Below, one piece after another: positions 38,523-48,326 of a stretch of 64,000 nucleotides of DNA. Every line of letters starts with the position of its first letter. The stretch's first letter is position 1. Under the pieces are notes generated by a model. That model was not told where the DNA came from. It did not search any database and saw only the letters and a list, made by a program, of their open reading frames with translations. The translations under genes were made by a program, and so were the position numbers. Source of the DNA: Polyangiales bacterium. Its GTDB lineage: Bacteria > Myxococcota_A > Polyangia > Polyangiales > Ga0077539. Where the stretch lies: the NCBI GenBank assembly GCA_044229975.1, contig JBGARZ010000013.1, positions 204,781 through 268,780 on the forward strand, in the 5' to 3' direction.

Positions 38523-39641
38523 ATGAACGCAGCACTCGCCATCGTCACCACCCTGACCACGTCTCTCTGCGCGTCGCTCGACCGCCGCGCCCTCGCCCTC
38601 GCCCTCACGCGCCTCAAGCACGTCGTCGACCGCCGCGCCTCGCTGCCCGCGCTGGAGGCGGTGCTCCTCGCGGGCACCGGCGACGCCCTCCACCTCACCG
38701 CCACGGACGGCAGCGTCTTCGTGCGGGTCGTTGTGCCCGCGACGGTGACCTCGTCCTGGGCGTCGCTCCTGGTGCCCCTGCACCGCATCCTGGCGGTCGC
38801 CAAGGGGCCCGCCGGCCTGCTCCAGCTCGCCGGGGACCAGATCACCGCCAGGGGCGCCACGCACCGCCTCTCGGCCCTCCCCACGACGACCTTCCCGGCG
38901 GTGCCGCCGCCGGGCGGAGCGGTGCTCTTCACCCTCATGCGTCCGACGCTGGCGCGGGTGCTCCGGCAGGCCAGCTACGCGATGAGCTGCGACGACACCC
39001 GGCCGCACCTGGCGTCGATGCTCATCGAGCGTCGCCGCGGGGAGCTGCTGTTCGTGGCGACCGACGGCCACCGGCTCGCGCGGGTGAGCGTGCCCGACGA
39101 CGGCGCCGAGTTCGCGGTGCTCGTCGGGCGCCGCACGGTCGAGTCCGTCGAGCGCATGCTGGCGGTGGACGGCGGGCTCGTCCGCCTCCGGCGCGAGAGC
39201 GACCGCGTGTGGTTCACCTCGGGCGACGAATGGGTCTCCGGGCCCGTCGTCGACGCGGTGTTCCCCAGCTACGAGCAGGTCATCCCGGCGCGCGCGGGAG
39301 GGAACCTCACGATGACCACGACGGAACTCGCCGCCGCGATCCGCGCGGTGGCAGCGAAGGGGACGCCGACCGTGCGGCTGCGGCTCGACGGCGCCGCGTC
39401 GTCGGTCACGCTCTCCGTCGACGACGGCGAGGGCAACGCCGCCGAGGCGGCCGTCGCCGCGACCTTCGAGGGCGCCGTACCCGAGGCCATCGGCATCAAC
39501 GGGCAGTACCTGCGGGAGATGGTCACGGCCCTCGCGGACGAGGGCGCGACGGTCACGATGCAGGTGACCGGCGAGCTCGACCCCGTGCGGGTGGACGGCA
39601 CGCACGGCACGACGGCTGTGGCGATGCCGCTACGGGTGTAG
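38523..39641 (+). CDS. dnaN: DNA polymerase III beta sliding clamp homologue (element-encoded)
   Basis: RASLPALEAVLL, LTATD, YAMSCDDTRPHL, VATDGHRLA, FPSYEQVIP, IGINGQYL, C-terminal MPLRV. Confidence 0.9.
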   Translation: MNAALAIVTTLTTSLCASLDRRALALALTRLKHVVDRRASLPALEAVLLAGTGDALHLTATDGSVFVRVVVPATVTSSWASLLVPLHRILAVAKGPAGLLQLAGDQITARGATHRLSALPTTTFPAVPPPGGAVLFTLMRPTLARVLRQASYAMSCDDTRPHLASMLIERRRGELLFVATDGHRLARVSVPDDGAEFAVLVGRRTVESVERMLAVDGGLVRLRRESDRVWFTSGDEWVSGPVVDAVFPSYEQVIPARAGGNLTMTTTELAAAIRAVAAKGTPTVRLRLDGAASSVTLSVDDGEGNAAEAAVAATFEGAVPEAIGINGQYLREMVTALADEGATVTMQVTGELDPVRVDGTHGTTAVAMPLRV

Positions 39642-39758
39642 ATCTGGGCGAAAGTGGCGGGTGTGCGCTGGCGCGACCGAGACGTTGCGCCGGTGCACAT
39701 CCGCGGCCGCCTTCTTTCGGTTCCCCTCCAGGCGGCAGAGATGGGGCGCGTCGGACAG

Positions 39759-40115
39759 TCAGGTCCGAGCGACCGAAAGAAGCACGCGCACGAGCTTCTC
39801 CGCCGCGTCCTGGACCTCGTCAGGCTGTGACGCCAACTGCGCGACGATGCGCTGCACCGGCGGCTTGAACCGCGCCGGCGGCAGGGCCTCGGTCCGAACC
39901 AGATCGCCCACCTCGACGCCGAGCGCCGCGGCCAGATTGGCCAGCGTGGCGATCGTCGGCACGCGCGTACCGTTCTCGATGCGGTTCACGGCGTCCAGGC
40001 TCACGCCCGCGCTCTCGCAGAGTTGCTCCTGGGTGAGCCCCCGGGACGCGCGGAGCTCGCGCAGTCGGGCGCGCACGACCTCCTCGATCGTCTGACGGCG
40101 GACTCGACGCGGCAT
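39759..40115 (-). CDS. XRE/Cro-CI family HTH regulator
   Basis: RLRELRASRGLTQEQL...SLDAVNRIENGTRVPTIATLANLAAALGV. Confidence 0.92.
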   Translation of the reverse strand: MPRRVRRQTIEEVVRARLRELRASRGLTQEQLCESAGVSLDAVNRIENGTRVPTIATLANLAAALGVEVGDLVRTEALPPARFKPPVQRIVAQLASQPDEVQDAAEKLVRVLLSVART

Positions 40116-40176
40116 GCAGTGGGCATGGCGTGGAGCACAGCCTCGCGACAGTGACAGGAGCACATGAACGAGTTAT

Positions 40177-42687
40177 GTGCTCCGGCACAGAACCGACGGG
40201 TCGTGCCGCTGTCGGCCGTCGTCGGGGCGTAGGGGACCAGGGATGATGGGACAGATCACAGGCAGGGCATGGGCACCGATCGGCAGACCGTTCGCGGCTG
40301 CGGGCCTCCTCGCGATGTCCGTCGCGGGCGGCGCGAGCGCGCAAACCTCACAAGCGTTCGCTAACCTCGCGTCCCGCGCGACCGACGCGCCCGGAGAGCC
40401 CGCGCGCTTGACGGCCCCGTTCTTCCAGACGTGCGAGGATCTCGGAGACGACGCGCGCCTCGCCGCGTGCCAGCGGTCGCTCGACGCACTGCGGGCGCAG
40501 CGTCGTGCCGCGACGTATCGGATGCGCCTGCGGGGCCGTGCCGCTGTGGGGACGAACTACCTGGTGCGCGTGGGCGCGTACAACCCGATCGACCACCGCG
40601 TGCCGATCGAAGTCGGCCCGCTGGTCTTCGGCGCGTTGTTCCACACCCCGGGCCACTCCAGCGGCGCGCTGAGCACCGTTCCGAGCGTGCGCGGGGCCTT
40701 TCCCAGCACCCCAGTTCTCCAGGGCGGCTATCGCGTTCAGGACGACCAGGCAGGGCTCGACTTCACGAACCGTCACCACCTCGGCGCCGGCTTCGGGGTC
40801 GACGTCGTCTTTCGGTTGGCGACGCCGTGGGAAGATCATGTGGGGGCCGGAGCATCGGCCGAGGTGCGCGAGGGCGTCACGCTGGACGTCTTGGCGATTC
40901 GCGTCGTCGAGTTGAACGACGGCTTGGAGGTGCGCGGGACACTCGATCGCCTCTACGACGCCACCTTCGACGCGGCCGCTGGCGAGCCGGTCATCATGGA
41001 GCGCGTGGGCTCGGGGCGCGACGCCCAGCCTTCGACCGCGCCTGCGGTCGAGTCGAGAGGTGATGCGGCCGCGCCAACGGAGGTCGGCACGCCCCCGGCG
41101 GGAGAGCCCTCCTGGCGCGCGCCGCTGTCGAGCGCCGCGCTCCAGCACCTCGGCGGCTCCCGAGAGGCAGTCCTGGCCCAGCTCGCCCGCGAGGGCGGCT
41201 CCTGCCGTGAGATCGCGGGTGGGTTCCGAGGGCAGCCCGCGTCGGTCTGCCGGGGCCTCGGCGCGACGACCGGCCTGGAGCGCGAGTCGCCGGAGGTGAC
41301 GCTCGTCTTCGACGGCGACCACCTGCGCAGCCTCATGGTGCTCCTCGGTCGGGACGCCGCTCAGTCCGAGGCGGTCGACGCGTATCGGCGGGACGCTGCC
41401 TTCTGGTCGGCGCGGTTCGGCCAGCAGCCGCCCCCAGGGCCCCACGACCGGCCCGAGATCATTCGCTACGAGGTGGGCGGCGCGACCATCCGAATCGTCC
41501 TCACCGCCGCGCAGGGGAGCGGCGGCGGATTCCTGCGCATGCTCCTGGTCGAAGAGAGGGACTTCGCCCTGCGACAGGACGCGATCTCGCGCGGCTACGT
41601 GCCCAACGTGACCTGCGGGCTCCGGGGCACGCTCGACGAACGCGCGCTCGACTGCGCCCGCCCCGTCGCACAGGGAGGAGCCGGGCCGGCGGCGGTGCGA
41701 TCCTTCGAGGTCACGGAGTCAGGCCAGCCGCGACGATTCCTGAGGTACCGATTGATCCGCCAGGAACCCGACGGGACGCGCGTCTGGCTGACAGGGCACA
41801 GCGGCGCGTTGGCGGCGGTGATGCGCCCGGCGCGGCGCGAGGAGGCGCTCCGTCACTGCGCCCAGATGCCGCAATGGGCAGAGCTGGGCGCCGTGCCTCC
41901 CGGTACGATGCACGCGTTGCAGCAAGGGCAGGACTCCGCCCGCGAGCTCGCCGAGCTCTTCCCCGACGTCGTCTCCCCCATGCGGTCGGAGTGGTTCTGG
42001 GCGGGCACCCAGTGGGGGCGGGAGGTGTCGATCCAACTCGGCGACGGCTACGGCACCGGGCGGCGAACGCCGTTCATCCGGGCCAACCAAGGGGCGCCGT
42101 CGAGCGAGCCGCTGAGGTACTTCTGCCAGGCATCGACGACCACGGACACACGGGCGCCTGCGGGGCGTGCAATCTTCGCGGAGTCCGAGGTCGACTCCGA
42201 CGCCCCGTGCGGCCTGTCCGGCAGCGTCGAGGAGCGACAGAGCGACTGCGCGCAACGGCTCGGCGAGGCCGCCAACTACCCCCTTCACGCACCCGCCGGA
42301 ACGGCCCCTTGGCGGATCGTCTCCCAGACCGTGCAGGGCGAGCGTGTATGGCGCGAGCCTGGGTCCAATCGTGTCTGGTTCTACGTGCCGGAATCGGCCC
42401 GCCTGAACGACGCTTCCGCCGTCTGCGCCGTGCCTGCCCGGGCACAAGGCCGCCGCGCCTACCTGCCGCTCCCGGCGCGGCTGCCGACGGGCGCGGAGTT
42501 TCGCGACGCGGCGGTGCTCGGACTCAACCGGGTGCTCCTGACGGACCCTCCACAGTATTGGAGCGCGTCCTCGCGGCCCGGGCGACTCCTCGTGTTGGGT
42601 TGGGAGGGCGCCGCGAGGTGGTATGAACCCCACTCGCCTGGACTCCCTGCGGAGCTGCCATTCTTCTGCGTCGCAGACGCACCTTGA
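40177..42687 (+). CDS. Secreted multidomain protein with two tandem DUF1566/C-type-lectin-like domains; start probably near 40243
   Basis: Signal peptide ending ASA-Q; repeated CGL.G...ER..DC units; RLPT..E, YWS and terminal FC(V/Q) motifs. Confidence 0.6.
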   Translation: MLRHRTDGSCRCRPSSGRRGPGMMGQITGRAWAPIGRPFAAAGLLAMSVAGGASAQTSQAFANLASRATDAPGEPARLTAPFFQTCEDLGDDARLAACQRSLDALRAQRRAATYRMRLRGRAAVGTNYLVRVGAYNPIDHRVPIEVGPLVFGALFHTPGHSSGALSTVPSVRGAFPSTPVLQGGYRVQDDQAGLDFTNRHHLGAGFGVDVVFRLATPWEDHVGAGASAEVREGVTLDVLAIRVVELNDGLEVRGTLDRLYDATFDAAAGEPVIMERVGSGRDAQPSTAPAVESRGDAAAPTEVGTPPAGEPSWRAPLSSAALQHLGGSREAVLAQLAREGGSCREIAGGFRGQPASVCRGLGATTGLERESPEVTLVFDGDHLRSLMVLLGRDAAQSEAVDAYRRDAAFWSARFGQQPPPGPHDRPEIIRYEVGGATIRIVLTAAQGSGGGFLRMLLVEERDFALRQDAISRGYVPNVTCGLRGTLDERALDCARPVAQGGAGPAAVRSFEVTESGQPRRFLRYRLIRQEPDGTRVWLTGHSGALAAVMRPARREEALRHCAQMPQWAELGAVPPGTMHALQQGQDSARELAELFPDVVSPMRSEWFWAGTQWGREVSIQLGDGYGTGRRTPFIRANQGAPSSEPLRYFCQASTTTDTRAPAGRAIFAESEVDSDAPCGLSGSVEERQSDCAQRLGEAANYPLHAPAGTAPWRIVSQTVQGERVWREPGSNRVWFYVPESARLNDASAVCAVPARAQGRRAYLPLPARLPTGAEFRDAAVLGLNRVLLTDPPQYWSASSRPGRLLVLGWEGAARWYEPHSPGLPAELPFFCVADAP

Positions 42688-43372
42688 ACCCTGCCTCACC
42701 AGCGCGAACGAGATCCCCGGTCGGCACCGCACATCGGGCGGTGTCGATCGTCATGCGAGGTCGACGATCAGCGCGGCTTGGTCGACTACACTGGGCCCGG
42801 GACGTCCCCTCCCACCCTTTGGGCCCCCTGCAACTCGTACTGCGCCTGCGACCTGCTTCACCGAGCACGTGATCACCAACTCGCGCCGTGAGTTGCCCGA
42901 ATTCGTCAGTAGCACCCGCATCCGCCATTGGTCGCGTGAGCGATGATCTTCTGCGTCGTCGCAATACGGCGTACCGCAGTCTGGGCGCGAGACACCTAGG
43001 AAGCCCTCGCCGAGCGCAGCGAACTGTCGGGTGACGCGATCTGCCGCATCGAACTTGGTGGGTTCTCGCCATCGTTGAACACCGTCGCCTCGCGCGCGGG
43101 GTCTCGACGTGTCGCTCGCCACGCTCTTCGCCGTCCTCGATCACGCGCAACGCACCGACGCGGCCGAGGTCGCCGACCATCTCAGCACGCGCACGGCCCG
43201 CGAGGTGCGCATGGCGTGGCGAGTCATGCGGGCTCTCTTCGAGGAAGAGTAAGTAAGCAGAGTCCGCTCACGCCGCATTCGCCCGAGGGAGAGATCATCC
43301 CACAGCGAGCGGGTCGGGCTCTAGAGTAGGCTAGCGTGCCTTTCTATTGCCTCAACACCACTATCAAATTCG

Positions 43373-44983
43373 CTATCGGTGTCGAAGGAACGACTTATGA
43401 ACCCTCAGAGTCACCCTCCCATCGGGTAGCACGTGAAGTCGTGCGCCGAGCTGACCGAACTTCACCACGCTCCACATCGAATAGAAGCGCTTGAGCACGC
43501 CGATTTCCCAGTAGCTCCTCAACCGCCTCCATTCAACGGATTCAACGTCAGGCGGCATGAGTTGCCATCCAAGAGATATGGCGCGATCGCCGACCCCCGC
43601 TTTGACCTCCTGAAGTGGGACACTCCAGTTCGGCGGCAACAGTGGTCCCCCGACAATCCTTAGACACGCTGCGATCAAGCGCATTGCGATCGCGGATGCA
43701 ACCTCTGAGCTTTCAACGAGAACACTCGTCCACCACTCGCGCGACATTAGACGAAAATACAGGAAGTCCTTCCAAAGAGTCACGGTCATCGACTCCGGGA
43801 GCGGCAACTGGATCGACGCGCTGAACGGCAGAGTGTCCGCGCCCTGTGCCAACCAGGCGCTGACACCTTCCTCGGTCGACTCGCGAGCTACTGGTTCTGC
43901 CAGTGGGACTGACTCCCATTCGACGCCATATTCGCGAGGGTCAATTTCAGCCAAAGGCCCAGGCAGCTCGATGTCGAGGCCTTTTGCTCTAGTCGCGAAA
44001 CGCAAGTATGCACTCCAGAAAGCTCTCACCGCATCGCTGCCAGGCTCGGTCCGTCGCGCAAGCCATGCCACGGTAAGCTCGCAAAGGCGCGACAATCTGT
44101 CTCTTGCCGAGAAGATATCACGTGCTGCCAATGCCTGCGCCCAGCCCCGGTATGCAAGAAACCAAGTCTGGTCGCCGTCGTATCCTCCTCCTAGCGCGAG
44201 AAACCCGGGGGCATTGGGCATTGTCACAAGCACGATGTGACAGCCAACAGGCACGCAAGTCCAGCAGGCACGGCCTGCGGTGCGGCACTGCCTCGGCGTC
44301 CTGTATCGACTATCGCTTCTGAGGGAATCAATCCGACCGTCGAGGGCAAGGAAGGCAATGGCGACTCCGCCGCTGACAGGGAATGGAACGATCGTACCCT
44401 TTGGAAGGACAAGCGAGTGCTGCTGAGGAGCGAAGCTCTGTCCTACATACGCCAGTTGAGGCAGCGCTCGCGCTCTACAGACAGCAGCGGAGGTACATGG
44501 CTGCAACCAAGTCCACTTCGCCACCTTGTCCCGCAAGTCCAAGAAATCAAACACCTCGGTCGACTTCACCTCGACCGCAGAAATTGCACCCGCAGCACGG
44601 ACTAGGAAATCGGGCTGCGGAAACACCGCCCCTTTGACGACCTGTCCTTTGCCGTGCTGCCACGAGACGACTCGCACGATATCCTGGCCTCGGCTGCGAC
44701 CCACGACGAACGACAAGACCTCTCCCAACTCCCCCAGTCGGGATCCGCTCATGCCGCGCGCTTTGCTGCGATAGAGACCTTGCACATAACGTTCGGCATC
44801 GGCAAGGAGCCCCTCTGCGTCTAACTCGATCTCGTCAGCAATAATGTCGAGAGCGTGGTCGTCGATAGACACCGTCACCAAACTGCTTGCAGCGGAGAAC
44901 GTACTCAGCCACGGCGACTGATTGGGCGCCTCCACTACACCGAACAATGGCGCTTGCACTTGCTTGATCTGGAATGTGTGCAT
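43373..44983 (-). CDS. Putative PD-(D/E)xK nuclease, compositionally foreign
   Basis: GELGE helix, PDF...AVEVKS; visibly more A/T-rich than flanking genes. Confidence 0.65.
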   Translation of the reverse strand: MHTFQIKQVQAPLFGVVEAPNQSPWLSTFSAASSLVTVSIDDHALDIIADEIELDAEGLLADAERYVQGLYRSKARGMSGSRLGELGEVLSFVVGRSRGQDIVRVVSWQHGKGQVVKGAVFPQPDFLVRAAGAISAVEVKSTEVFDFLDLRDKVAKWTWLQPCTSAAVCRARALPQLAYVGQSFAPQQHSLVLPKGTIVPFPVSGGVAIAFLALDGRIDSLRSDSRYRTPRQCRTAGRACWTCVPVGCHIVLVTMPNAPGFLALGGGYDGDQTWFLAYRGWAQALAARDIFSARDRLSRLCELTVAWLARRTEPGSDAVRAFWSAYLRFATRAKGLDIELPGPLAEIDPREYGVEWESVPLAEPVARESTEEGVSAWLAQGADTLPFSASIQLPLPESMTVTLWKDFLYFRLMSREWWTSVLVESSEVASAIAMRLIAACLRIVGGPLLPPNWSVPLQEVKAGVGDRAISLGWQLMPPDVESVEWRRLRSYWEIGVLKRFYSMWSVVKFGQLGARLHVLPDGRVTLRVHKSFLRHR

Positions 44984-45253
44984 GCCTGATGCGTCCTACC
45001 AACCGCCCTCGCAGCCGGGTGAAAATCATCACTTAGAGAGCCATTGATTCAGTGGCCTCCAACGCAATCGTCAGCGAAGTCGTGTTCCGCCACATTGTGA
45101 TACGAGAGGGTCGACGACGAATCTGTAGCGAACATCACACGCTCAGTGCCCACGACACCCCGCAAGAGATCGCGTGGCCGGTAGATGGCAATCAGCGCAT
45201 CATCTTGGCTCGCCGTTGTCATCGAGCCCCGGCCCTTCTCGGGTCGTTCCTCA

Positions 45254-46090
45254 TCACAAAACGGGCTCGCCGGTCTTGAACGCCTGGACGCGCAGCGCGA
45301 ACGTCCGCAGCGCCGCCACCAGCCCCGCGTCGTCCACGCGGGCGACTTGGATGACCGAGGCCACCTGGCCTCCATCGTCGACGTCGATGAGGTGATGGTC
45401 GAAGGCGGCGTGGACCTCCGCCTTGGTGACCCGCCTGCCCGTCGCGGTGAGCCTTGTGCCCCGGTGCAGCAGCCAGAGGCCATCCTCGGCATCCCGCCCG
45501 AAGCAGCCGTTGATGCCCCGTTCGGGCCGAACCGTGGTGGTCGGCACGTTGACCTCGACCACCGGGCAGATTCTTGGCACGGCCGGCGAGGGCGCGATCA
45601 GGATCGGCGTCCGGTTGCCCCAGTCCCCTTCGGCGCCAACGCCAACCGCGATCGCGCTCGCACCGCCCCGTGACCAGGTTCTCACCCCCTTGCCGGTGGA
45701 ACCGTGGCCGGGAAAGCTCCAGTGCAGGGAGACCGTCTTCGGCATCTCCTGCTTCAGCGCCGAGCGGAGTTCGCGGAAGGCAGCGCTCACCTCCCGGGCC
45801 TTGAACAACACCCGCATGCCCGCTTCCTCATCGACGCGTTCGGAGGGCGAGCCGTCGTCCACCCCGCCGAACTGTTCGGTGCAGTTCGCGCAGTAGTCGA
45901 GGCCCGACCAGGGGCCGAATCCCTGCTCACCCACACAGCCCTCGCAATGGGCCCCTCCACAGTTATTGCAATGGCTGGCCTCGTCGGCGCTCAGCTGTTC
46001 ACCGCACACCACGCATGGCACAGTGGCATCCCTGTCGGACCCGGCCCGCCCTGTCTTCCGCCTCGCCTTCGTCGATCCACGCTTGCTCAC
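45254..46090 (-). CDS. Hypothetical protein with an N-terminal multi-CxxC zinc finger
   Basis: CVVC, CNNC, HCEGC, CANC; GGAGG RBS; starts 27 bp after the hsdR stop. Confidence 0.7.
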   Translation of the reverse strand: MSKRGSTKARRKTGRAGSDRDATVPCVVCGEQLSADEASHCNNCGGAHCEGCVGEQGFGPWSGLDYCANCTEQFGGVDDGSPSERVDEEAGMRVLFKAREVSAAFRELRSALKQEMPKTVSLHWSFPGHGSTGKGVRTWSRGGASAIAVGVGAEGDWGNRTPILIAPSPAVPRICPVVEVNVPTTTVRPERGINGCFGRDAEDGLWLLHRGTRLTATGRRVTKAEVHAAFDHHLIDVDDGGQVASVIQVARVDDAGLVAALRTFALRVQAFKTGEPVL

Positions 46091-48326
46091 AGACGCCTCC
46101 CCTCCACCGGTGGACCATCACTCCGTGACCGGAGTCTTCACCAACAACAACCACTGGAACACAGCCTCCACCCCACGCGCGTAGGCCTCGTCGGACACGT
46201 CCTCCGGCAGCCCCCCCAGCGCCCGCTTCACGCGCGCCCGCACCTTGTCCCGGAGTTGCTGGTGGAGCTTCCAGTCGAGGGACATCACCTTCGCGACCTC
46301 GCCCGGCAGCGCCTTCGCCACAGCGGTGAGCGCCTCCTTGGGCGCGTCGCCCACGGCCCGCGCGAGGACGTCGCGGAACGCCAACTCATGCTCCGAGAGG
46401 CCCTCGCGCTCGGCGCGCGTCGACTCCGTCTTCAGCGTGCCGAGCAGCTTCACCAACTCCGCGAAGAAGGCCTCGGCGTTGTCGATGCCCTCGTTGTACC
46501 GCGCCACCAGCGCCTCGAAGCGCGCCTGGAGCTCGTCCCGCGTCGGGTTCGCCTGGAGGAGGTTGTTGAGCGCCCGCCGCACGACGGTCTGGAGGCTCAT
46601 CGCGCTGGCGTTGGGCGTCTTCTGCTGCTGCGCGATCGCGTTCGCCAGGCCGTCCACGTCCAGGCGGCGCAGGTCGAGCGGCGCGCGTTCGTAACCCGGC
46701 GACCAGCCCTCGGTCACGCGGTGGACGACCACCGACTCGGCCAACATCGCCCGCACGCGGTCGACGTACTCGCTCACGTCGGGGCGGTCGATGGTGGCCC
46801 GGATGTAGCCCGCCACGTCTGTCAGGAACCCGTGCCGGAGCGCGAAGGGCTTCACCACGTCGTCGAGCACCATCGCCGAGAAGATCCGGTCGACGAGGTT
46901 CACCTGGGCCAGGAAGTTCCGCCGCCGATCGTCCGGGTGGATCAGCGCCTCCTTGGCTGCGTTGCGCAGCGCGAGCCGGTCGGCGAGCGAGACGTTCGGC
47001 GGCTCGCGTGGGTCGACGCCCGCGTCGCGCACCATGGTCTCGGCCGCGTCGATGGACCGCGCGAGCGCCGCGATCAGCGCCTTACGGGGTTGCACCGGGG
47101 TCGCGCCCGCCGGGGCGCCGGGCCGGTTGGCGTAGATCGACAGCGCGCTCCGCAGGTCATGGAACACCCCCGCGTAGTCGACGATCATCCCGCACGCCTT
47201 GCCCGCGTCGACGCGGTTGGCGCGCGCGATGGTCTGCATGAGCGTGTGGTTGCGCATCGGCTTGTCGAGGTAGATGACGTCGCAGCTCGGCACGTCGAAG
47301 CCCGTCATCCACATGCCGCAGACGAACACGATCCGCAGCGGGTGTTTCGGGTCCTTGAAGCAGGCGTCCAGGGCCGGCGGCTCGTTGATCCGCTTGCGGA
47401 TGGGCACGATGTCCAGGGGGAAGCCCTGGAGGTTCGTGGTCGTGACCTTGTGGTTCTTGAAGTCGTCGACCTCGCCCTGCGACTCCGAGATCACCGGCGC
47501 CATCTCGGTCGCGCGCATCCAGGCGATGAGCTCGGCCAGGTCGTCCCGGCGCGTGGACCCCTCGGGCAGCGCCGCGTGCTCGGCCTCCAGCGCCACGAGC
47601 CGGGCGTCCCAGTGGCGCTTCACTCGCACCGACATTTCGACGGCGGTGAAGCGGTCGATCGAGACCACCATCGCCTTGCCGCGCGAGGTGCGCGACGTGT
47701 AGTGCTCGACCAGATCGCGGGCGACCTCGTCGAGCCGCGCGTCGTCCGTGATGAGGCTGTAGAGCTTCGCAAGCTCGCGCCGCAGCACCCGCGCCTCGTC
47801 GGGGTCGAGCGTCGCAGCCTCCAGCATCTTGTAGACGCGCTCGCCCAGCTCGGCGTCGGCGAGCTCGATGCGGGGCAGGCGGTTCTCGTAGTAGAGCGGA
47901 ACCGTGGCCTCGTCGGCGATCGCCTCCTCGAAGGGGTAGATCGAGAGGTAGTCGCCGAACTTGACCTTCGTCTCCCCGTCGGCGGACTTCGACGGCCCGT
48001 GAGCCCTGTCCACGTCGACCAGCGGCGTGCCCGTGAAGGCGAGGTAGCGCGCGTTGGGGAGGGCGTCGCGCATGTTGCTCGCGAAGGTGTCGTACTGCGA
48101 GCGGTGCGCCTCATCGGCCATCACGACCACGTCGTCGCGGGTCGAGAGCGTGGGGTAGGTGGTGCCCTTCACCTCGGTCGAGAACTTCTGGATGAGCGTA
48201 AACACGTAGCGCTGGTCACCTCGGAGCAGCTCGCGCAGGTGGTCGCGCCCCTGGGCCTGCACGAGCACCTTACGCCCCTGCTTCGCGTCGGGCGCCCGCA
48301 CGGCCCCGGCCGACACGAAAGTCTTA

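Noticed and set aside
40177..43330. Diversity-generating retroelement targeting the lectin-like protein
   Set aside because: No reverse transcriptase in the window. The only repeat of the gene's 3' end is a 12-nt match (TCTTCTGCGTCG near 42947) with unrelated flanks, so there is no template repeat.
42690..43330. Short ORFs between the lectin-like gene and the nuclease
   Set aside because: No consistent frame, RBS or motif; possibly decayed sequence but not assignable
45049..45222. Amidohydrolase-like fragment (GTERVMFATD)
   Set aside because: A single short motif in about 57 codons is too little to call
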